Below are positions 41,594 to 49,509 of a stretch of 49,509 nucleotides of DNA, piece after piece (positions within the stretch are counted from its first letter, which is position 1; each line of letters begins with the position of its first letter). Location of the stretch: positions 37,590-87,098 of the forward strand of contig CAYNLP010000001.1 of assembly GCA_964398115.1 (NCBI GenBank), in the 5' to 3' direction. Below the pieces are notes generated by a model. It searched no databases. It had not been told where the DNA came from and worked only from the letters and a program-made list of their open reading frames with translations. This DNA comes from an uncultured Methanosarcinales archaeon. Its GTDB lineage: Archaea; Nanobdellota; Nanobdellia; Woesearchaeales; CAYNLP01. A program made the position numbers and the translations under genes.

Positions 41594-43243
41594 TTAAACT
41601 GTTTTCTTCATATGTTCCATACTATAATCCCAGTCACCATCAACTTTCTTACCAGGATTGAAAATCCTGTCCGGATCAAAGATATCTTTAACCTCACCGA
41701 ACAATTCAGTCATTTCCTCTCCAAACATTTGATCCAAGTAAGTTGTTCTGATCAAACCATCATTATGCTCGGCTGTGATGCTACCGTCATACTCTCCAAT
41801 TAGGTCATAAACTTTTTCACTAACGGCAGGGATTTTCTCCCGGACACTCTTCTGAGACAAGTCCATCAAAGGTATAATATGGAAGTTTCCACTACCAGCA
41901 TGTCCAGCCAAAGTAGGGCTTATATCATGTTCTTCAAGTATATCATACATCTTCGGTAAGAATTCTGGCAAGTCCTCCGGTTTTACACAAAAATCATCTA
42001 TAAAAGGCGTTGCCCTCTTACCACTAACTTTATTCCTTAACAAGTTAAAACTTTCTCTTCTAATAGTCCAATACTTATTACCTTCTTCTTCACTATGCAT
42101 AACGACATTAGGGATTTCGTGTTCATCCAACACTTCGTGCAACTCCTCTTCTTGCTCTTCAACCTCTTCCAAATCATCCCCTGTCAATTCCACCAAAACT
42201 ACAAACTTAGGAAATCCATTAGTTAAAGTAATCCAAGCCTCTCTTCTAAACTCCCACATAAGAGAAAGGAAAGACTTGTCAACTTTTTCCGCAATTTCAG
42301 GCATAAACTTCAAACCAAGTTTTAACGTTTCATCATCAAAAGTTTCTAAACTTTCAGGTTCAAAAGGTAAAACCAAGTTCACAAACTCAGTCATTTTACC
42401 CAAGTCCTGCAAGAATGCAGCCACGAGACGACTGTGCTCTTTTTTCTCAACCAAGTTCAACTCTGCTTCTGTCCAAAAACCAAGCGTTCCCTGACTTCCT
42501 ACAAACAATTGCGTCAAGTCAAAAGTTTCTCCATCCCAAACGTTCCAAAGGTAATATCCAGCGCTGTTCTTAGAAACAGGAGGAGCAGCATCTTTTATAA
42601 GGTCTTCATTTTCTTCAATTAAATCATGAATTTCTCTATAAATTTCACCCTCTAAATCATCCTGATCTTTCTTTTCCTCTAACTCATCTTCCGAAAGTGG
42701 TTCAAAAATGTATTCATTTCCATCCCTCAAAACCACTTTTAACTTGTTAACATTATCTTGAGTCTTCCCATGGTTTAAGGACCTCTCTCCCCCACTATTG
42801 TTAGCAATCATGCCACCCAAAGCGCAAATGCTCTTACTTGCTGGATAGCTAGGAAAGTATAATCCTCTTTTCAAAGTTTCTTCTTCAAAATCTCTATAAT
42901 AAACTCCGGGTTCAACAATTGCCGAATGATCACTTTTGTTAATACTTTTGATATGGTTGAAATACTTAGTGAATACACAAATGATAGATTCATTGAGAGG
43001 CCCTCCGCTCATATCCGTACCTGCAGCCCTTGCCGTAACAGAAAGTTCAGGATATTCTTCTTTATTATCTCGAACAAAGTTAATCAAATTTTTAACATCT
43101 TCCACGTCGTGCGGGTATACCACAACTTTGGGTTCGACTTCGAAAATACTAGCGTCTGTACTATATTCTTCCAAAGTTTCAGCATCGGTGTGTACTTCAC
43201 CAGTAAGAACTTCCCGTAAGTCGTCAGCCCATTCAGGTTCCAT
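41594..43243 (-). CDS. FAD-linked oxidase (FAD_binding_4 / GlcD-D-lactate dehydrogenase-like)
   Basis: N-terminal VVVYPHDVEDVKNLINFV...TARAAGTDMSGGPL. C-terminal HAGSGNFH and GSITAEHNDGLIRT. Confidence 0.8.
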   Translation of the reverse strand: MEPEWADDLREVLTGEVHTDAETLEEYSTDASIFEVEPKVVVYPHDVEDVKNLINFVRDNKEEYPELSVTARAAGTDMSGGPLNESIICVFTKYFNHIKSINKSDHSAIVEPGVYYRDFEEETLKRGLYFPSYPASKSICALGGMIANNSGGERSLNHGKTQDNVNKLKVVLRDGNEYIFEPLSEDELEEKKDQDDLEGEIYREIHDLIEENEDLIKDAAPPVSKNSAGYYLWNVWDGETFDLTQLFVGSQGTLGFWTEAELNLVEKKEHSRLVAAFLQDLGKMTEFVNLVLPFEPESLETFDDETLKLGLKFMPEIAEKVDKSFLSLMWEFRREAWITLTNGFPKFVVLVELTGDDLEEVEEQEEELHEVLDEHEIPNVVMHSEEEGNKYWTIRRESFNLLRNKVSGKRATPFIDDFCVKPEDLPEFLPKMYDILEEHDISPTLAGHAGSGNFHIIPLMDLSQKSVREKIPAVSEKVYDLIGEYDGSITAEHNDGLIRTTYLDQMFGEEMTELFGEVKDIFDPDRIFNPGKKVDGDWDYSMEHMKKTV

Positions 43244-43298
43244 GCAGTATACTCATCCCTATACTTGTATTTAAATCCTTTGGTGAGAGAGGCCGTTT

Positions 43299-43484
43299 TT
43301 ACACGGCATCTCCCAAGACCTTATCAAAGTATCCTCTGCTCTTAATGTCAGTAATGGTTGTTTTATGAACTACCCACTTACCGTCTTCAGACATTTGAAC
43401 AGAACTTTCTACTATAGGCTGTTGACTCAATTGCTCTAACTTTTTATCATTCAACTGTATAGACATTCTTTGCCACCTCCGCAA
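43299..43484 (-). CDS. Small hypothetical protein
   Basis: 61-aa ORF between two same-strand genes. No motif recognised. Confidence 0.35.
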   Translation of the reverse strand: MRRWQRMSIQLNDKKLEQLSQQPIVESSVQMSEDGKWVVHKTTITDIKSRGYFDKVLGDAV

Positions 43485-43556
43485 TTCTTGTTAGAGACTC
43501 CTTAGTGTAATCTATTTAAAATCAGTTTCTGAACAATAACCGGAACTTTTACGAAT

Positions 43557-44138
43557 CTAGTAGATTTCTCGTTTGTCTAATTCATGTTGAACTATAGTAA
43601 CTGCTTGACTACCGAAATAAGTTAAGTTACCAAGAGAAACACTTTCAGCTGTTTGCTTTATCCTTCTTTTTTTCTTCTTAGGAATTCCTTCATGATCTCC
43701 TAAAACGAATATAGGGTTTTCACCTATCTCCACATCTCTAATAGACTTTCCTTTTTCATCTAACAAGTAAATGTTTCTATCTTCATTATTCTCTACCCAG
43801 CTAACTATGCTTTCTCTATCAACGAAACACCCCGGGAAAGCTTCAACTCTTTCATCTCCTTCACCTTTGTATAACATTCTTTTCAAAAGACCTGCAATGT
43901 CTTTCTTACTCAACTTAGTTTCTTCGCTTTCACGATTACTCCAAATCTCTAAATGCTTGGGCGGGTCAGGAGGGCCTTCAAAGAAAAGATGGAGCTTTAC
44001 ATTATTCCGTATAGCTTCTGAGAGGAAGAAAGACATTATAACCACGTGACAAGCAATGTCTAACCTTCCAGCCTGCATAGGATTATCAAAATTTCCACTC
44101 GTCCATGCATTCCTAGAAAAGTAAACGAATTCCCTCAT
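43557..44138 (-). CDS. trmY: tRNA (pseudouridine54-N1)-methyltransferase TrmY-like (SPOUT, DUF358)
   Basis: MREFVYFSRNAWTSGNF...AGRLDIACHVVIMSFFLSEAIRNNVKLHLFFEGPPDPP and LGDHEGIP fit the COG1901 pattern. Confidence 0.7.
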   Translation of the reverse strand: MREFVYFSRNAWTSGNFDNPMQAGRLDIACHVVIMSFFLSEAIRNNVKLHLFFEGPPDPPKHLEIWSNRESEETKLSKKDIAGLLKRMLYKGEGDERVEAFPGCFVDRESIVSWVENNEDRNIYLLDEKGKSIRDVEIGENPIFVLGDHEGIPKKKKRRIKQTAESVSLGNLTYFGSQAVTIVQHELDKREIY

Positions 44139-44170
44139 AATCGTAAAAGAAAGAAAAAGTATTATTTAAA

Positions 44171-44851
44171 TCATCCGACGGTTGTGCTGCCTGTTACGGA
44201 AATGTTAATCTTGCCCTGCAAGTCTGTAAACACAGCAGAGACACCTAACTTGTCTCCCTCTTCAATATTCGGTGGGTACTTCCTAGAAGGTTCAATATTC
44301 ACATTTTTTACTTCACCCGCTTTTACTAATGGAACTTCAACGTCATCCCAAATCGGGTTGTAAACTCTAAGTTCATCATTACCTGGATCCTTCAACTTTA
44401 TAGTTGTGAATAATTTCACGTCATCTTTCAAACCATTATTTATGTTGAAGGTTATATTCTCAACTTTTATTGTGGTCCTATTCCCTTTTTGAATACTCCA
44501 ATCTACACTTCGAAGATTTATTTTCAACTCTCCACTTAGTTGTTGTTCATCATCGGAGCTGTCAGACTCATTCTGCTGTTGATTTTGATTTGAATCTTGT
44601 TGATCAGAAGTTTGGTTTTCTGAAGTATTATCACTTGAGGTTTCGTTCTCTGTTTCTATTTGAGTTTCTTCCGTCACGTTCTTATTTGGAATTGTAGTTG
44701 GCTGTTTTTTCTGAGTTTTATTATCTGGACAATTGCAACTTCCACCTCCTAAGTGTTGGTTTAGAAGAAGTCCTCCAAGTACCAATATTATGATTATATA
44801 AATCGCTCTCTCCAAGAATTTTGGAGTTATTGTAATTTGTATTTGCCTCAC
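44171..44851 (-). CDS. Membrane-anchored protein with Q/N/S/D low-complexity linker and beta-rich ectodomain
   Basis: TM AIYIIIILVLGGLLL and CNCPD. Linker SDNTSENQTSDQQDSNQNQQQNESDSSDDEQQ. Confidence 0.6.
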   Translation of the reverse strand: MRQIQITITPKFLERAIYIIIILVLGGLLLNQHLGGGSCNCPDNKTQKKQPTTIPNKNVTEETQIETENETSSDNTSENQTSDQQDSNQNQQQNESDSSDDEQQLSGELKINLRSVDWSIQKGNRTTIKVENITFNINNGLKDDVKLFTTIKLKDPGNDELRVYNPIWDDVEVPLVKAGEVKNVNIEPSRKYPPNIEEGDKLGVSAVFTDLQGKINISVTGSTTVG

Positions 44852-44902
44852 TCTTAAAACCCCATTTGGAAAAATCTAAATTCTTTATATAAACCTTTCG
44901 CT

Positions 44903-46027
44903 TTATTCTTCTTCAAAATCTTTGGTTAACTGTTCAAGTAACTCTTCTGTATCTTCCGCTTCTTTACTTTTCTTCTTTTCCTTTACTTCACTTTCCGCTT
45001 CTTCACTCGCCTCTTCTAATACTTCACCCATTTCTTCTTCTGAAACACTATCTTTTTCCTCAATTTCATCAATTATTTCTTTCTGCTCTTCCTCATCTGG
45101 TGCTTGCATCATTTCAAACAGTTCATCTTTCTCTTCTTCTGCTTCTTCATCAGAGCCACCTAATGTTATTGATATAAGGCCACCTTCTTCCTCTCTACGT
45201 TTACGTTTTTCTTCCTCAACTTTTTCCCTTTCTTTTTCTATATAGTCTTTATCTAAAGCCAGCTTCACAGCTTTTTCCCTGCATTCCTTCAAAAAATTTT
45301 TTGGATTACCTTCAGTTTTCTGATACAAAGATTCAACCATTTCTTCTTGAAACGGAAAAATACCTTCTTGACCATAATTTTTAATCCTTTTATGAAGTAA
45401 ATCTTTCATATTCTCATATTCCAAACCATCTAAGGAAATATCCAACCAATCTTTTTCGTGAACGTGTCTTATATTACTTTCTCGAATTTCTTTTTCAGTA
45501 CCCGCCGCTATTATTTGCACACCTATTTTATTCTTGTAGAAATATTTGAATAAAGAAAGATACCTTTCAGGCAAACCGCCAACGTCATCTATCAATATCA
45601 GTAATCTTTGACTTTCTTCTAACTTAGAATAAATGAACTTTCCAACTTTTTCCAACCTTAATTTCTCCTGTTTTTTAGCAACATTTTTTTCATAAACATT
45701 CATCAACGGCAAGGTTAATCCTTTTATCAAATCTCTTTCTTTATTTAGCTCTGAAGCATTTATGTAAGCTACTCTAACCTTATCCTTATGATTTTTAAGC
45801 TGCGACTTTATCCATTTCAAAACGGTAGTTTTCCCTGTACCTTCTTCTCCAGAAATAGTTCCGAATGGATGTTTTTCAAGAACGAAATAGTTTAAGTCTT
45901 TTCTCTCTTCACCATATCCTGCAAAGAAATCATCAATGGGTTGCGGAATCTCCGATTGAAAAGGATTCTTCTTAAATCCAAGTTTCTTAGTCCAGTCAAA
46001 AACAAAATCATCCTCTGGCATGGTCAA
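44903..46027 (-). CDS. ExeA-like AAA ATPase with long poly-acidic C-terminal tail
   Basis: N-terminal FGFKKNPF, Walker A GEEGTGKT and Walker B LLILIDDV. The C-terminal roughly 100 aa are E/D/K-rich. Confidence 0.7.
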   Translation of the reverse strand: MTMPEDDFVFDWTKKLGFKKNPFQSEIPQPIDDFFAGYGEERKDLNYFVLEKHPFGTISGEEGTGKTTVLKWIKSQLKNHKDKVRVAYINASELNKERDLIKGLTLPLMNVYEKNVAKKQEKLRLEKVGKFIYSKLEESQRLLILIDDVGGLPERYLSLFKYFYKNKIGVQIIAAGTEKEIRESNIRHVHEKDWLDISLDGLEYENMKDLLHKRIKNYGQEGIFPFQEEMVESLYQKTEGNPKNFLKECREKAVKLALDKDYIEKEREKVEEEKRKRREEEGGLISITLGGSDEEAEEEKDELFEMMQAPDEEEQKEIIDEIEEKDSVSEEEMGEVLEEASEEAESEVKEKKKSKEAEDTEELLEQLTKDFEEE

Positions 46028-46067
46028 AAATAATGGAAATCTGTTTAAAAAGTTACCGTTAAATCAC

Positions 46068-46409
46068 TTAACCAACAATTCTAATTCGAGAAGCTTTAAT
46101 CTCTTTTTCACCATTGTAAGTTGTCACCTCTCCCTTAACTTGAACAAACTGGCCTTCAGTTAAATTAACATCTTCAAAAACAACCGCTTTAACCTCTTGT
46201 AATTCCGAAAGATAAAGTATAGTTACATTATCACTTTTGTAAACGCCAGTTACAGTTCCTTCAATAACTGTTTCTGAAAAATCATCCATCCCCTTTACTT
46301 CTTCAATCGAGCTTACATCCATTTCCATAGATCTAGATAAAAAGAATAAAATAGTCAATCCAAACAAGCTAACTATCAAACTTGCTTTTACAAGAGTGGA
46401 TTCCTGCAT
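46068..46409 (-). CDS. Membrane-anchored OB-fold protein
   Basis: N-terminal TM ASLIVSLFGLTILFFL. VIEGTVTGVY...VQVKGEVTTYNGEKEIKASRI resembles the tRNA_anti-like OB fold. Confidence 0.6.
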   Translation of the reverse strand: MQESTLVKASLIVSLFGLTILFFLSRSMEMDVSSIEEVKGMDDFSETVIEGTVTGVYKSDNVTILYLSELQEVKAVVFEDVNLTEGQFVQVKGEVTTYNGEKEIKASRIRIVG

Positions 46410-46493
46410 ATCTACAAATCAAATTCTATACCTTAAAACACTTCTCAACAAATAGTTGCAAAAATTCCGAAAATGCTCTTTTACGGGCTAAAC

Positions 46494-46501
46494 TTTATAT
46501 A
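46494..46501 (+). promoter_or_regulatory. TATA-box-like element upstream of lon
   Basis: TTTATATA lies 15-24 nt before the GTG 46516 / ATG 46525 candidates, consistent with a leaderless transcript. Confidence 0.3.
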
Positions 46502-46515
46502 GTCATTGGTCATTC

Positions 46516-48429
46516 GTGGAAAACATGGGAGAAGACGGAAAGCTCGAGTTTGAAACAACCAAAGAAATAGAAGTACCTGACAACCTCATTAACCAAGTAA
46601 TAGGACAAAAGGAAGCCGTCGAAGTCGTTAAGAAAGCCAGTGAACAAAGAAGACATGTACTTCTTATTGGAGAGCCAGGAACAGGAAAATCAATGCTTGG
46701 AATGGCCCTCGCAGAACTCTTACCAAAAGAAGAACTGATAGATGTGTTAGCATATCCCAACCCTAACGACGAAAACAAACCCTTAATAAGAACCGTCCCA
46801 GCTGGAAAAGGCCGAGAAATAGTCTCAGAAAGCAAAGTTCAAGACAACCAAATGTTCAAGCATCAAAACTTATTCATTCTAGCACTAGCCATACTCGCCA
46901 TGCTAGTACCATGGTGGATACTAAACCAATACACAGACAAGCTGGGAGCAACAGCGGGCGCAATCATGTTCGCAGCATTCTTCCTAGGAGGAATGATGTT
47001 CGTAGCAGCTTTCATAATCTTCCTCAACGTCGGTAACAGAATGCAAGGCGGAGAAGACGACTCACCTAAACTAGTAGTAGACAACCACGGAAAAAAACAC
47101 GCACCATTCCAAGACGCTACAGGAGCACACGCAGGAGCCCTACTAGGAGACGTCCTACACGACCCATTCCAATCAGGAGGGCTAGGAACACCTCCTCATC
47201 AAAGAGTCGTAGGAGGAATGATTCACAAAAGCCACCAAGGAGTCCTATTCATAGATGAAATAGCAACTCTCTCACCCCACACACAACAAGAACTATTAAC
47301 AGCACTACAAGAAGGAAAATATAGCATAACAGGACAAAGCGAAAGAAGCGCAGGAGCCATGGTAAGAACAGAACAAGTACCATGCAATTTTGTTCTAGTA
47401 GCAGCTGGAAACGCAGAAACAATAGAACAAATGCATCCAGCACTCAGATCAAGAATACGAGGATACGGATACGAAGTCTACATGAAAGAAACAATGGAAG
47501 ATACCAAAGAGAATAGGAAGAAACTAGCGCAATTCGTAGCTCAAGAAGTTGAAAAAGATGAAAAAATCCCCCACTTCACTAAAGACGCTGTAAACTACAT
47601 GATACAAGAAGCAAGTCGACGAGCCAACAGAAAAGATCACTTCACACTAAGGTTCAGAGAACTCGGAGGCCTGATCCGAGCAGCAGGCGACCTAGCAGTA
47701 GAAAAAGAAGACGACGAAGTAAGAAAAGAACACATAGTAGAAGCCAAGACAATAGCAAGAACATTAGAAGAACAAATGGCAGACAGATTCATCGAACGAA
47801 AGAAAGAATACGAAGTTATAGTCGTAGATGGGAAAAAAATAGGACGAGTAAACGGACTCGCAGTCATGGGAGGCGGATCCAACTTTTCAGGAATTGTACT
47901 ACCCATCGAATCCGAAGTCACTCCCGGCGGAGAACAAAAAGAAATAGTAGCAACCGGCAAACTAGGAGAAATAGCGCAAGAAGCTGTCAAAAACGTTTCA
48001 GCAATTGTCAAAAAATACTTTGGAGAAGATATCAAAGAAACATACGACATATACGTACAATTCTTACAAACCTACGAAGGCGTCGAAGGAGATAGTGCAA
48101 GCATAGCAGTAGCAACTTCAATAATATCAGCCTTGAAAAATATTCCTGTAAAGCAAAACTATGCCATGACAGGAAGCCTATCCGTAAGAGGAGAAGTACT
48201 ACCAGTAGGAGGCGTTTCAAGCAAAGTAGAAGCCGCAGCAGACGCCGGTATAAAAAACATAATAGTCCCAAAAAGCAACATGCAAGACATAGTAGTAGAC
48301 GACGAAATACTAGAAGAAATAAACTTGATACCCGTCGAAACAATAGCTGAAGTATTAGAGGAATCACTAGATTGGAGAGGGCACAGCGAAACACTAAAGA
48401 AAGTCAAAGAATACCACGGAAGAAATTAA
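46516..48429 (+). CDS. lon: Archaeal membrane-bound Lon protease (LonB)
   Basis: Walker A GEPGTGKS, two TM helices inserted in the AAA module and Walker B VLFIDEI. Protease Ser motif [22 protein letters not shown] 46525 is an alternative start. Confidence 0.95.
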   Translation: MENMGEDGKLEFETTKEIEVPDNLINQVIGQKEAVEVVKKASEQRRHVLLIGEPGTGKSMLGMALAELLPKEELIDVLAYPNPNDENKPLIRTVPAGKGREIVSESKVQDNQMFKHQNLFILALAILAMLVPWWILNQYTDKLGATAGAIMFAAFFLGGMMFVAAFIIFLNVGNRMQGGEDDSPKLVVDNHGKKHAPFQDATGAHAGALLGDVLHDPFQSGGLGTPPHQRVVGGMIHKSHQGVLFIDEIATLSPHTQQELLTALQEGKYSITGQSERSAGAMVRTEQVPCNFVLVAAGNAETIEQMHPALRSRIRGYGYEVYMKETMEDTKENRKKLAQFVAQEVEKDEKIPHFTKDAVNYMIQEASRRANRKDHFTLRFRELGGLIRAAGDLAVEKEDDEVRKEHIVEAKTIARTLEEQMADRFIERKKEYEVIVVDGKKIGRVNGLAVMGGGSNFSGIVLPIESEVTPGGEQKEIVATGKLGEIAQEAVKNVSAIVKKYFGEDIKETYDIYVQFLQTYEGVEGDSASIAVATSIISALKNIPVKQNYAMTGSLSVRGEVLPVGGVSSKVEAAADAGIKNIIVPKSNMQDIVVDDEILEEINLIPVETIAEVLEESLDWRGHSETLKKVKEYHGRN

Positions 48430-48475
48430 AAAAACTGAGTTCTAACAAAAGCAGATCTCCACCAATTTCTAAAAT

Positions 48476-48658
48476 TCAATATCTAAAACCTTGAATAGAT
48501 AAAAAACCGATAAGTACAAAAGCAACCCAAGAAACCCAAAGAGGGATGGTAACTCCTCCCACTTCGAAACTCCATCCAAGAATTACTCTTAACAAATGAA
48601 CAATAGAAACAATTCCAAAAACTACAGATGCCGTCTTAATAAAAGTTGACTCTTTCAT
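48476..48658 (-). CDS. Small two-TM membrane protein
   Basis: 60-aa hydrophobic ORF. Confidence 0.4.
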   Translation of the reverse strand: MKESTFIKTASVVFGIVSIVHLLRVILGWSFEVGGVTIPLWVSWVAFVLIGFLSIQGFRY

Positions 48659-48695
48659 CCTAAAGAAAAGTTAGGCAACTACTAATATTTAAATT

Positions 48696-49509
<814 letters not shown>

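Noticed and set aside
43287-43312. Imperfect hairpin GAGAGGCCG...CGGCATCTC between two minus-strand genes
   Set aside because: The stem has an internal 2-nt mismatch, it overlaps the stop codon of the 61-aa ORF, and there is no T-tract. Evidence is insufficient for a terminator or RNA element.

Overview
AT-rich archaeal chromosome segment. Archaeal hallmarks are an intron-containing tRNA-Leu, Rpo11/RpoL, ribosomal protein L35Ae, archaeal-type TyrRS, membrane LonB, Kae1, TrmY, a Sec11-type signal peptidase and an MCM helicase. The many small secreted or membrane proteins of unknown function suggest a small-genome, DPANN-like lineage, but that is inference only. Housekeeping genes (metG, tyrS, uppS, rpoL, rpl35ae, lon, kae1, trmY, two tRNAs) are interleaved with four accessory blocks. 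(1) 1-4620 is the right-hand part of an MCM-helicase mobile element or provirus-like module. It is followed by a 1-kb non-coding tract holding two 66-nt paralogous units and GTGTGAA iterons. (2) 14569-21300 holds a translationally coupled pair of giant surface proteins: a 1242-aa Cys-rich secreted protein and a 704-aa protein with a class III, pilin-like signal peptide. A convergent Ig-like membrane protein follows. (3) 30349-32266 is a 1.9-kb cassette (PadR regulator, small membrane protein, catalytic-domain-only tyrosine recombinase) bracketed by 52-bp direct repeats, with an ACGTAA motif array abutting the recombinase start. (4) 32388-36506 is a four-gene operon of membrane and coiled-coil proteins with no recognisable family, with strong SDs and a hairpin plus T-tract terminator. 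Blocks 2 and 4, and the recombinase cassette next to block 4, are my best candidates for an undescribed system. Also notable are a Delta-9-type fatty-acid desaturase in an archaeal context, a membrane-anchored JAB/MPN protein, and a YbaK-type editing domain coupled to tyrS by a 4-nt overlap. I saw no CRISPR array, reverse transcriptase, rRNA or recognisable known defence system. All calls come from reading motifs by eye; no database search was run.
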